Made by a program: the position numbers and the translations under genes
NCBI GenBank assembly: GCA_964016885.1
Contig: OZ024743.1
Location: forward strand, 230,578,001 to 230,642,000
Direction: 5' to 3'
Source of the DNA: Eledone cirrhosa
Lineage: Eukaryota
Length of the DNA: 64,000 bases
Part shown: piece after piece, positions 40,790 through 52,941 of the stretch
Layout of the letters: each line of letters begins with the position of its first letter
Position numbering within the stretch: the first letter of the stretch is position 1
Notes under the pieces: model-generated
What the model saw: the letters and a program-made list of their open reading frames with translations, nothing else
What the model was told of the DNA's origin: nothing
Database searches by the model: none

Positions 40790-43700
40790 ATATTCGTCAC
40801 GCACAGGAATTGCACGATTGCAACAACACCACCACCATCACCATCACAAGCCCCACCGCCAACAACAACCACACCACCACCAGCATCACCAAAAACACCA
40901 ACAACGCAAACAAAACAAAACACACACACCAAACAGCAACAAGAAGAAAATAGCAACAAAATCACCACCACCCCCACCACCCACCCCAAAAAAAGTACAC
41001 AGCCATAAACATGGAAAAAAAGAACTCATACAATATATAAAGCAGCAGACAGACATCACAGAAAAAAACTACTACACCCCACCAACACCAAGAACTCTGC
41101 CGACAAACATAAGCATCATTGAAATCTCAATTGAACAGTACAAACCTTTAAAACAAAAATTCCCCAACGCAGTTGAGACTTCAAAGTGTTAGTTACCAAG
41201 AGGATATACACTGACATCCTCTTGGAAACACCCATGACCAGCCAAAGGGACGATTCTACTGTCCCTTCACCACACGATCAAGGTAAGTGACACTTTCTCA
41301 CTTGCCCCGTATCTCATCCAACATGGCCGTACTCAGAATAGGCAGTATAAATGCACGTGGCCTGGGATCATCTTGGAAGCAGGGTCACCTGCTCAACGAC
41401 CTCACGTCACTAAACATAGATGTGGTGGCCATCAGCGAGACCAGAATCTCCGAAGCACAATCCTTCGCACCGATTTTCAGCGGCTACGATGTATACGCAT
41501 CTCCCAGCCGTCCAGCATGGGGGGGGGGGAGGGGTTGCCGTCCTTTTTCAGAGAGGCTTGGATCTCGCCATACGGTCCATCTTCCTAGACCCAGAAGGTA
41601 AGTCGGTGGTGCTGGACGTGACCAGCAGCGAGGCAATGCTTTCAGGCTAGTGGCCGTCTACGCCCCAACAGGTGCAGGACGGCAAGATTTCTTCAGACGT
41701 CTAGAGACCTTTCTTGGAACGTCCCGCTCTTTAGTGTTAGTGGGCGACTGGAACGGTATCTTGGATGCACGCTGGCATTGTGTGGGGTTAGTGGATAGGG
41801 CAGGAAGGTGCTAGAGGCTCACCAACCTGCTCAGACGTTTTGAACTGTCTGACAGGTATCGACTGGATCACCCGAATGTGCCAATATGGACATGGACATA
41901 TCGCATCGTTTCATCCAGATCGTATCTCGATAGGGTATTCTGCAGAGAACTAGATAAGGCTAGGATAGGTTGTCCACAATTTAAAATAGTCGACTACACA
42001 GACCACACATTTGTGATCTGTGAGATCGACATAGACAGACTTCATAGACAAGGGCCCAGTTACTGGAAGCTGAACGCGTCTTTCCCGGTGCGCAAAGCCT
42101 ACATAGATCGGATTAGCGTATTAGTTAAGCGGATTTGACGGGAGCGGTCGTCAACAACTGTTGGTGGTTCGCCCTGAAAAGTGCAATTAAAGTAGAGTCG
42201 ATTAGGTTTAGCAAAGGACTAGTGATAGAGGAAAATAGAGTAGAGGGAGAGCTAGTCAGAAAGCTAGAAGAGGCGTTTAGGACGTGGCACTCGACCAATT
42301 ATTCAACGCAAAACACGAAGGCTGCGTTGTCAGAGCTAGAGCGCCTCCGCTCAAGTACGAAGGGAAAAAAGCCGTCCAATAGTCCCAGGTGGTAGAGGCG
42401 CGACCTGGCAACAAAGCCACAATTCGGTCTTTGTCTGACCAAAACGGGTGCGTGTTACCCGACACCGAGCATATGTGTGAAGTCTTTCAGCAGCACTTTG
42501 CTGAACTGTTCGGGAGCAGCGGCGGCCCGCGTCGGGGAATTGACTTCAGTGCATACCTCGACGGACTTCCTCGGCTCTCAACGACCGCAGCACAGTGTTG
42601 CGAAAAGCCTATAACGGACGGTGAAATGCGGGAAGCGATGGCTAACTGCACGAGGGGTACATCGCCAGGTTTGGATGATCTGCCTATACGAGCTTTATGA
42701 ATTTATGCCAGACTTGTTCGGAAACTGGCAGCAGAACGGGAGCATTCCCACTTCTGTGACCTGGGCAGCGATGGCGCTGCTGAGAAAAGACCCGAACAAG
42801 GGGGATGTTATCGATAATTTCAGGCCCATAACAGTGATAAACACAGATATTGACAAAGGTGTTAGCAACGAGGTTGGCGCTTGTCGTCATGGGTCTGGTG
42901 GGAGAGGCGCAGACATGCGCCATTCCGGACAGATCCATACACGACAACCTCCACCTCATGCGATACATCATAGAGAGGGTGGTTAAGGAACCTGGCACGG
43001 GTGGGGCCCTGATCAACTTGGATCAATCCAAAGCATTCGATAGGGTCGACCATCGGTACCCGGCGGCGGTCCTCAACGCAGCCGGTTTTGGACTCGTTTT
43101 CAGGGGTTGGATCGCTGCGATGTACAGTGACATCTGCTCAGTTGTGAGGGTGAACGGTCACCTGTCGCAGCCGTTCAGCATCATGAGCTCGTTCCACCAG
43201 GGTTGCCTCCTCTCGTCGCTCTTGTACGTATTGGCTCTCGAGCCGTTTCTGCACATACTGGGGGCGATGAGGGGCGTCCCACGCGAACTAGGATGCGGGA
43301 ACCGAGTCGGCTTACGCCGACGACTTCACCTTGATGTTATCGAGCAGCATACACGTCCAGATGCACGGCACCGCTCCCAAGAATACGAACCGGTGACTGG
43401 AGCAAAGATAAACCAGGAAAAGTCGGTGGGCTTGCAGCTCGGCACCTGGAGTGGCAAGTGCATGCCGTCCGACAGCGTCGTGGGGCGTTGGACGGGTGGA
43501 CCGGCTAAATTGCTCGGAGTCTGGTTCGGACCTCCAGATGGAGAAAAACTGGAACGAGGTGACGAGCAAGGTGGCCTCCCTCACCCAGAAATGGACTTAG
43601 AGGAAGCTGTCCCTGAAAGGCCGGGAGGAGGTGGCAAATGCGTACATCGCATCCGTCATCTGCTACCGCCTCACCGTTGTCCCTTGCTCTAGCCCAACTC

Positions 43701-44970
43701 TCACCCAAACGGAGCGCTTCCTCTTCCGTTTTTGTGGAAGGGACGCGCTCGCCTGGACAGACGATCCATCTGCTGTCAATACCCGTTGCGTGGAGGACTG
43801 GGCATGCCATGGCTGATGATGCGCAAACATGCGCTGAGGCTGCGACGGCTCTGGTGCTTCCTTGAAGGTGAACAGGTGTGGTCGCCGTTCGCCAGGCACA
43901 TTTTCCCACAGCTCGTCTCCTTGACCGAGCTGCAGTCGTGAGTCAGAAAAATACCGAGGGATAGCGCTTGGAAACTGGAATATCACCGGGCGCTCACTGC
44001 CCTCTGCCAGCTGGACACCAGTATCGGTGGAACATCCATCTCGGCGTTCTATAGAATATTAGTGGAGGGGAAGAGCGACGACATTCTCGGAGAGATCCTG
44101 GGCGTCGAAGAAGATCAGCTGTTTGCTCTCTTCCGGGCCTATGGATAACTTCCAAAATCCCTGTCCTGGTAGTGCTACCGGGGAGCGCTGCCGGTTCGGG
44201 ATAAGGTCTACAGGCATGGAAGTGCCGTCAGCCGAGCCTGTCCGAGAGGCGCGCATAGCGACGAAACCGTTGTGCACGCACTCGTTCAGTGCCCGAGCAT
44301 TGCTGACTTGTGGAGCTATGTCGAACAGTTACTGTCGCGTGTAGGACTGATCCGGTTATCGACTGAGTCCATTGTGCAGAGGCCTCGCCGTCTTCCTTCG
44401 AGGAGGAAGGGTAGGCGGTTTTCATCTGCCTGGTGGGCATGGCGAAACAGATTGTGTGGTGGACAAGGTTGAAAGGGTTAAAGACAGATACTTTCCTCTT
44501 CGGCGAATGCCTAATTAACTTTTTCAAGTTTCACTTGAAGAGGAAAAACAGGGTGGAGAGGCAAGTGCCGCCTTGTAGCAAGTTTCTTGAAATGTGGGTG
44601 AATGTAACGCGAATGGCCCGAGTGAACGGGAGCGCTTTGAATATACGTCTGTAGTTTGAGAAATGGATAAATTGAGAGAGGGCGCTTGGCCTGGTGGTCA
44701 GGGTGGCCGTTGACTTTTGTGTGGTTTTCGCCACGAGAAACCCTCGGAGGTATCCCCCCTATCGGGGAATTGTTCATTGTTTCATTGTTTCTATTTTCAT
44801 TTTTATTGTTTATATATATATATGTTTCTATGTTTTTTTCTTCTTTTTTTATATAAATAATAAAAACATTTACACGAACAAAACCCACATCGTACCGTCC
44901 TGTGCCGTCCTGTGCCGACTGTAATGTTTTTCTTGATGTCAGCTCTTGTGGCCAATATAGAAATCATTAA
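40790..44970 (+). mobile_element. Tx1/L1-group LINE copy 1 (degenerate, ORF1 truncated)
   Basis: ORF1 3' remnant (..LKQKFPNAV); ORF2 41323-44654 with many frameshifts (LRIGSINARG, SYLDRVF, WKLN, DQSKAFDRVDH); 3'UTR homologous to copy 2. Confidence 0.9.
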
Positions 44971-45009
44971 TTAATAAAGAAACAATTAATTAATAATTAT
45001 TAATAGTGT

Positions 45010-45013
45010 ATTA

Positions 45014-45080
<67 letters not shown>
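45010..45080 (+). repeat. (TTA)n tract joining Tx1 copy 1 and Dong copy A tail-to-tail
   Basis: Direct inspection; similar tracts at 47542-47588, 48108-48169, 52705-52725 and 58736-58787. Confidence 0.95.
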
Positions 45081-45082
<2 letters not shown>

Positions 45083-47516
45083 CTTGAATCTCAGTCATTG
45101 ATGTTGGTTAACTGGAAAGTCCGTTGGAATGAGTATCAAGGCACTACCTGCAGCCTCAGATATTCAGGACGTATCGGAGGGTTCTTGCTGTTCCCAGCAA
45201 GCATGCCTTTTGAAGCGTTCCAAAAAGGGGCCGATTTTCTTTAACCATCCCTGGAAACTTTTGGAGATAGTCCCCAGTGCGCCTATGACAATCGGGATCA
45301 CTTTGACTTCATGGCATTTCCAAATCCTTTTTACCTCCCAATTTAAGTCCTGGTATCGGTTAATTTTCTCCCTCTCCTTCTCTTGCACTCTCGTGTCGAA
45401 TGGGCAGGCCACATCCACAATCAGACACGATATTTTGTCTTTGTCCACAACCACCAGGTCAGGTCTATTGTGTTCCAGTTTCTTGTCGGTCTGTATCCTA
45501 AAATTCCCACAGCAACTTCACCTGATCGTTCTCCATCACCGCCTCTGGCCTATGCTCATACCATTTCTCAGAATGTGGTAAATTGTTTACTTTGCACAGG
45601 TGTCAATGGATCACCCTGCCCATCACATCATGTCTCCAGCCCTTATAGTGGGTCTGGGCTAGGTGTTTACACTCGGATACAATGTGAGCCGCAGTCTCCT
45701 CTCTCTCTCCACAGACCCTGCACAGTGTGCTAGCCTCCTCCTTGTAAATATGGTGTTTCAACCACTCCGTTTTGAGGGCCTGCTCCTGCGCAGCCATTAA
45801 CATTCCTTCTGTAGTCTTTTTGAGGTCTCCTCTTCTCAACCAGTTCCATGTCTGTGGATCTCTAAATTCAGTTTTCTCAAAGATGGTACTATGAAGGTAT
45901 TTTCCCTGAAGGCTGCTCTTTCTCCTTGATGTTATTTCCTCCTTGGACATCCCCTGGCCTATTATCCCCTCCTTCAGTACAGTTCTGAGCATTGGCTCCT
46001 TACTATCAGTCACGTATTTCTATAGGTTGTTTTTCTCCAGCTGAACACAGTCCTCTATGCTGATAAGACCTCTTCCACCCTCAGATCTCCTTAGGTAGAG
46101 TCTATCGACATCACTCCTCTTGTGGAACATGTTGTAGATAGTCAATAGCTTCCTAGTCTTCCTATCCATTTCTTTTTGTTCAGCAACATTCCATCTCAAA
46201 ATTCCCGCACTGTACCTAATAATAGACACAGCTCGGGAATTTACTGCGCTTATGGCATTTCTGCTGTTCAGATGTGACTTCAATACGCTCCTTACTCTCC
46301 GAATGTATTCAGTTCTTAACAATTCCTTCATTTTTTTTGTTTTTTATGCCATCAGCCTCCAGAACGCCCAAATACTTGTATCCTTCCTCAGAGTCAATTT
46401 CCTTTATCATCTCACCTGTTGGTATCTGGATTCCGTTACTTCTGCTCAACCTACCCCTCCTCATCACAATGACTCCACACTTACTAATACCAAACTGCAT
46501 ACATACATCACTGCTGAAAATACGGACAGTGTCAACAAGCACATCCAACTCCTTCTCACTCTTCCCGAAGAGCTTAAGATCGTCCATGAAGAGGAGGTGA
46601 CTGATGGTAAGCTCTCCCTTTCCCAACTTGTATCCTGCTCTCACTTTTCGCAGCATAATGGTCAGGGGCATCAGGGCAAGGACAAACAACAGAGGGGACA
46701 GGCTATCTCCCTGGAAGATACCTCTCTTGATCTTCACGCTTCCCAAGGATTCTCCAGTTGATGTCAACTCTGTCTCCCAGGACCCCATACTCCTGCCCAG
46801 CAACTGTCTGACGTTATCTGCCACCTTGAAGATCTCCAGGCTTTTGGTGATCCAAGAATGAAGCACCATGTCAAATGCCTTTCTGTAGTCTATCCATCCC
46901 ATGGCAAGATCAGTGTGTCTCCTCCTGCAATTCCCAATTACCATCTTATCAATAAGTAACTGGTCCTTTGTACCACGTGACTTCTTTCGCCATCCTTTCT
47001 GTTCGTCCGGTAACAAGTTGTTTGTGTGGAGCTGATGGTAGATTTGCTCAGACGCAATGCTCGTCAACAGTTTCCACATTACGGACAGACAAGTGATAGG
47101 TCTATAGTTGGTAACATCATCACCCTTGATTCGGTCTTTCATTATCAGAACTGTGGTACCTTTTGTCAACCACTCTGGCACCTCACCCGACACCAAGCAG
47201 TCATTGAACATGGCTGTCAGTTTCGGGTGCAGGGATGTTAAATGTTTAATCCAATACCCCTGCATACCATCTGGGCCTGGTGATTTCCAGTTGGTTAGTT
47301 TTTTGGCCTGCCCCTTAATCACTTTCAACTGTGATACTCAAATCAGTTTGTTGGTGTGCCTGCTCACCGATCTCACTCTGTACTGTCTCAATCCACCCTG
47401 CCTGGTCATTATGTCTAACATCCTGCTCCCATATTCCTCTCCAGAATGTTTTAGTTTGCTCCGCCTCAGGGATCATGTCCTTGCCTCTTTCTTTCCCCTC
47501 AAGCTGTCCAAACAGC
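45081..47516 (-). mobile_element. R4/Dong-like RLE LINE copy A (5'-truncated, frameshifted)
   Basis: NWKSPGPDG, NYRPITCL, GIFQGDSLSPLLF, HLLFMDDLKL, CRVCGEREETAAHIVSEC, RHD, IVDVACPFD; (TAA)n sense tail. Confidence 0.92.
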
Positions 47517-47541
47517 TGGCCTTGTGCCAAAAGTAGAAACA

Positions 47542-47545
<4 letters not shown>
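47517..47545 (+). mobile_element. SINE 3' tail fragment
   Basis: TGGCCTTGTGCCAAAAGTAGAAACAATT is identical to the SINE tail (cf. 9650-9678 reverse complement) and is followed by (TTA)n. Confidence 0.75.
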
Positions 47546-47583
<38 letters not shown>

Positions 47584-47588
47584 GTTAT

Positions 47589-48106
47589 TCCTTGAATCTC
47601 AGTCATTGATGTTGGTTAACTGGAAAGTCCGTTGGAATGATATCAAGCCACTACCTGCAGCCTCAGATATTCAGGACGTATCGGAGGGTTCTTGCTGTTC
47701 CAAGCAAGCATGCCTTTTGAAGCGTTCCAAAAAGGGGCCGATTTTCTTTCACCATACCTGGAAACTTTTGGAGATAGTCCCCAGTGCGCCTATGACAATC
47801 GGGATCACTTTGACTTCATGGCAGTTCCAAATCCTTTTCACCTCCCACTTTAGGTCCTGGTATCGGTTAACTTTCTCCCTCTCCTTCTCTTGCACTGTCG
47901 TGTCGAAAGGGCAGGCCATATCCACAATCAGGCACGATCTTTTTTCTTTGTCCACAACCACCAGGTCAGGTCTATTGTGTTCCAGTTTTTTGTCCGTCTG
48001 TATCCTAAAATCCCACAGCACCTTCACCTGATTGTTCTCCATCACCGCCTCTGGCCTATGCTCATACCATTTCTCAGAATGTGGTAAATTGTTTACTTTT
48101 CACAGG
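47589..48106 (-). mobile_element. R4/Dong-like RLE LINE copy B (short 3' fragment)
   Basis: Near-identical to the 3' ends of copies A and C; (TTA)n on both sides. Confidence 0.92.
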
Positions 48107-48164
<58 letters not shown>

Positions 48165-48169
48165 GTTAT

Positions 48170-51100
48170 TCCTTGAATCTCAGTCATTGATGTTGGTTAA
48201 CTGGAAAGTCCATTGGAATGAATATCAAGCCACTACCTGCAGCCTCAGATATTCAGGACGTATCGGAGGGTTCTTGCTGTTCCAAGCAAGCATGCCTTTT
48301 GAAGCGTTCCAAAAAGCGTGAAGGGGCCGATTTTCTTCAACCATCCCTGGAAACTTTTGGAGATAGTCCCCAGTGCGCCTATGACAATCGGGATCACTTT
48401 GACTTCATGGCAGTTCCAAATCCTTTTCACCTCCCACTTTAGGTCCTGGTATCGGTTAATTTTCTCCCTCTCCTTCTCTTGCACTCTCGTGTCGAAAGGC
48501 AGGCCACATCCACAATCAGACACGATCTTTTTTCTTTGTCCACAACCACCAGGTCAGGTCTATTGTGTTCCAGTTTCTTGTCCGTCTGTATCCTAAAATC
48601 CCACAGCACCTTCATCTGATTGTTCTCCATCACCGCCTCTGGCCTATGCTCATACCAGTTCTCAGAATGTGGTAAATTGTTTACTTTGCACAAGTGCCAG
48701 TGGCACACCCTGCCCATCACATCGTGTCTCCAGCCCTTATAGTGGGTCTGGGCTAGGTGTTTACACTCGGACACAATGTGAGCCACAGTCTCCTCTCTCT
48801 CTCCACAGATCCTGCACAGTGGGCTAGCCTCCTCCTTGTAAATATGGTGCTTCAACCACTTCGTTTTGAGGGCCTGCTCCTGCGCAGCCATTAGCATTCC
48901 TTCTGTAGCCTTTTTGAGGTCTCCTCTTCTCAACCAGTTCCATGTCTGTGGATCTCTAAATTCAGTTTTCTCAAAGAAGGTACTATGAAGGGATTTTCCC
49001 TTAAGGCTGCTCTTCCTCCTTGATGTTATTTCCTCCTTGGACATCCCCTGGCCTACTGTCCCCTCCTTCAGTACAGTTCTGAGCATTGGCTCCTTACTAT
49101 GGGTCACGTATTTGTATAGGTTGTTTTTCTCCATCTGAACACAGTCCTCTATGCTGATAAGACCTCTTCCACCCTCAGATCTCCTTAGATAGAGTCTATC
49201 GACATCACTCCTCTTGTGGAACATGTTGTAGATAGTCAATAGCTTCCTAGTCTTCCTATCCATTTCTTTTTGTTCAGCAACATTCCATCTCAGAATTCCC
49301 GCACTGTACCTAATAATAGACACAGCTCGGGAATTTACTGCGCTTATGGCATTTCTGCTGTTCAGATGTGGCTTCACTACGCTCCTTACTCTCCGAATGT
49401 ATTCAGTTCTTAACAATTCCTTCATTTTTATGTTCTTTATGCTATCAGCCTCCAGAACGCCCAAATACTTGTATCCTTCCTCAGAGTCAATTTCCTTTAT
49501 CGTCTCACCTGTTGGTATCTGGATCCCGTTACTTCTGCTCAACCTACCCCTCCTCATCACAATGACTCCACATTTACTATTACCAAACTGCATACATATA
49601 TCACTGCTGAAAATACGGACAGTGTCAACAAGCACATCCAACTCCTTCTCACTTTTCCCGAAGAGCTTAAGATCGTCCATGAAGAGGAGGTGATTGATGG
49701 TAAGCTCTCCCTTTCCCAACTTGTATCCTGCTCTCACTTTTCGCAGCATAATGGTCAAGGGCATCAGGGCAAGGACAAACAACAGAGGGGACAGGCTATC
49801 TCCCTGGAAGATACCTCTCTTGATCTTCACGCTTCCCAATGATACTGCAGTTGATGTCAACTCTGTCTCCCAGGACCCCATACTCCTGCCCAGCAACTGT
49901 CTGATGTTATCTGCTACCCTGAAGATCTCCAGGCTTTTGGTGATCCAAGAATGAGGCACCATGTCAAATGCTTTTCTGTAGTCTATCCATCCCATGGCAA
50001 GATCAGTGTGTCTCCTCCTGCAATTCCCCATTACCATCTTATCAATAAGTAACTGGTCCTTTGTACCACGTGACTTCTTTCGGCATCCTTTCTGTTCGTC
50101 CGGTAACAAGTTGTTTGTGTGGAGGTGATGGTAGATTTCCTCAGACACAATGCTCGTCAACAGTTTCCACATTACGGACAGACATGTGATAGGTCTATAG
50201 TTGGTAACATCATTACCCTTGATTCGGTCTTTCATTATCAGAAGTGTAGTACCTTTTGTCAACCACTCTGGCACCTCACCCGACACCAAGCAGTCATTGA
50301 ACATGGCCGTCAGCTTCGGGTGGAGGGATGTTAAATTTTTAATCCAATACCCCTGCACACCATCTGGGCCTGGTGATTTCCAGTTGGTTAGTTTTTTGGC
50401 CTGCCCCTTAAGAGTTTCAACTGTGATACTCAAATCAGTTTGTTGGTGTGCCTGCTCACCGATCTCCCTTTGTACTGTCTCAATCCACCCTGCCTGGACA
50501 TTATGTCTAACATCCTGCTCCCATATTCCTCTCCAGAATGTTTTAGTTTGCTCCGCCCCAGGGATCAAGTCGTTGCCTCTTTCTTTCCCCTCAAGCTGTC
50601 CAAACAGCATCTTCTGGTTGTTGTCGAACATGCGGTTCTGTTTATACTGACTGACTCTGTTCTCGTATCGCCTGATTTTTGCACTCTTTGCTACAATGCG
50701 TTGCTTCAGTTCCTCTATGATAATATTTAGCTTTTTCCTCCTAGTTTTGTACTTTATTTCCAGTCTATTTTTAGTGCCTATGTTTTTTAGTGTCCCATTC
50801 AGTAGTGAGTGACTCAAGCTTTCCTATGTCATTTCTCATTTCCCCGATTTGACCACTCAGTCGTTTCTTCCACCACGGCTCTGCTCTTTCTTGTCTGTTG
50901 TTTCCTCTCGCTTTTATACCAAGTAGTTTCCTCACCGTATTTGCTGTTGCTTTGAGGATATTGTTGCACTGGTGAAGGCTCCTCGCCTCAAGGTATGGGA
51001 TGACTTTGTTTACCTTAGCTGTTGTTTCTTTTAACTTTTTCCTGTCTACAAATCTTAGGTTCATAGGTCTCCCACTATCATTGTTCAATTCATCTACCAC

Positions 51101-51790
51101 TAAATTTAGGATGTCAACCGAATCTTGTCCTAGCCCGTCAGCATTCATCTCCTCAGTGGCCGTATCTCTGTTCCAGGTATTATTTATCTCAGTATTCAGA
51201 TCATTGTCTGCTTCGTGTGGTTCCTCCGTTCTCAGGACCTCTTCACCTTCATTTCCCACTGGCTCGCTTGTCTGGCATACTACACCCGCCATCTCCAAGC
51301 CATTCTCTCTGCTCAGTTCCTCCAGTTCCAGCTCGCTTATCCACCCATTAGTTCTTATTACCCGAGCCTGCCCGGCCAATTTTTGTTCATCTAATTTAAA
51401 TAGACCAATCTCGTTCCAGATGTTATGCATCCGTCTCCTGTAGCCCCTCTCCTTGGAGTTACTTTTCAGGTAACATTGCATAACAGTTCTATTCAATTCT
51501 TTCGTCCAGTTGGTTCTGGCCCCTTTCCTGCTTCTTCTTCCTCCAACATCAGCAGTATTTGGTTGACAGTCAGGTTCCTGCTGCTGAGCCAGGGGGCACC
51601 TGTTGGGTGAGTGTCTGTCACATGACGTTCTAGTCTCCATTTCACCGTTATTCGAACTGTTTATGTTCGATATTTAAACACTCTTATCGAGGATTGGCGA
51701 ATGTATGGTTACATAGCCATCTGTGGATTCGCCGTTCCACTTGGCCCTTGTGTGGCAGTATCACCACGCTGTATACGAACACACATAAAC
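48170..51790 (-). mobile_element. R4/Dong-like RLE LINE copy C (apparently full length)
   Basis: A single long ORF broken by frameshifts near 50800 and 48497; the 5' boundary is approximate. Confidence 0.92.
48245..51640 (-). pseudogene. RLE-type ORF: N-terminal Myb-like/R4-type region, RT, CCHC knuckle, PD-(D/E)xK endonuclease
   Basis: ORFs 50771-51640 (RTNWTKELNRTVMQCY..GYRRRMHNIW..EQKLAGQARVIR), 48439-50817 (RT FMDD, CRICGEREETVAHIVSEC, RHD, PDLVVVD) and 48245-48523. One G is missing at ~48497 relative to copies A and B. Confidence 0.9.
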
Positions 51791-52941
51791 AAACAAACAC
51801 ACAGGCAGAAAGGGCCCCAAAAATGAATAAGCATAAGTTTCATTGTAATTTAGTGTTCGAATGTCTGACTTAGTTTTTGTTTTTTTAGTTTTAGTTTTTC
51901 CCCCCTCTTCTCTGTCCGTCCGCCTGCTTCTCTCTTCATTCTTATTTTCTTTACGTTTTTTTTTTGTTTTTTTTGTTTTTCTCTGTTTGTTTTTCTCGTT
52001 TTTTGCTGTTGTTGCTGTACTGCTTTGGTTTTGTTGTTTGTATATTCTTTTTTCTTTTGAGTCTATCTATATATGTTGATGCCTTCCTCTTTTTTAGTAG
52101 TAGGAATTCTATAATGTGGTGGCAGCAGCCATCTATGAGAAGTGGGATACTGGCGGCGGTAGCGATACTGAGACTGTGGTGGTGGTGATGTCGATACCGA
52201 GGCAGTGGTGGTGGTGATGTGGTCGTATTACAGTAGTGATGGTGTTGTAGCGGTGGTAGCAGTGAAGGAGTGAAGGAGTGGTGGCGGCGGTGATGGGATA
52301 GTGGTGGTAATGATGGCAGTAGTGAGCGGTGGTGGTGAAATTGCCGTTATCTGCCTGCTGTGTTTAGTGTACACAGGTGATGAGGTGGGTGGTGTATCTA
52401 GTTTATGGTGTTGGTGAGTTTGGCTGTTCTATATAGTGTAGACAGAGGAGAGGAGGGGGGGGGGAGAGGTTCTTCTTCCATTTATAGCCATTTTCTTTTT
52501 TGGATATACAGTGTACAATACAAAGTTGAATATTTGAGCCTTAAAACAATATATTTTGGGTCCGAATTTGTTGGGGCTCAAGCCGGGTGCTTTACGTAGC
52601 ATTTGTACTAAGAGTTGTTATTTCACAAATGATTTAAATATGTTAAAAATTCAAAACTTACGGGAGCGATTTAATGACCTCTGCCACCTCGTGCGTCTTC
52701 TTCCATTATTATTATTATTATTATTGAATGCCATGGTTGACGGAGGCTCGGCTCTGTAAGGTATAGTAATTTTTAACCGTTAAAACAATTGTAAATTGTT
52801 TAAAACTTGAACCAAATTGTTGATAAAGACACCCTCCTCCTCGTGAGAGGGGTCTTTCTGTCCGTTATTTGGCCCTTCGGGGTTAAATAACCAGTTATTG
52901 GGGTTTTGTACCCAAAATTTCATTTTAAACAAAAAAACAAC

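Noticed and set aside
51860-52700. Possible inverted decayed Tx1 5'UTR/ORF1
   Set aside because: Mostly low-complexity T- and GGT-rich sequence; no coding motif recovered.
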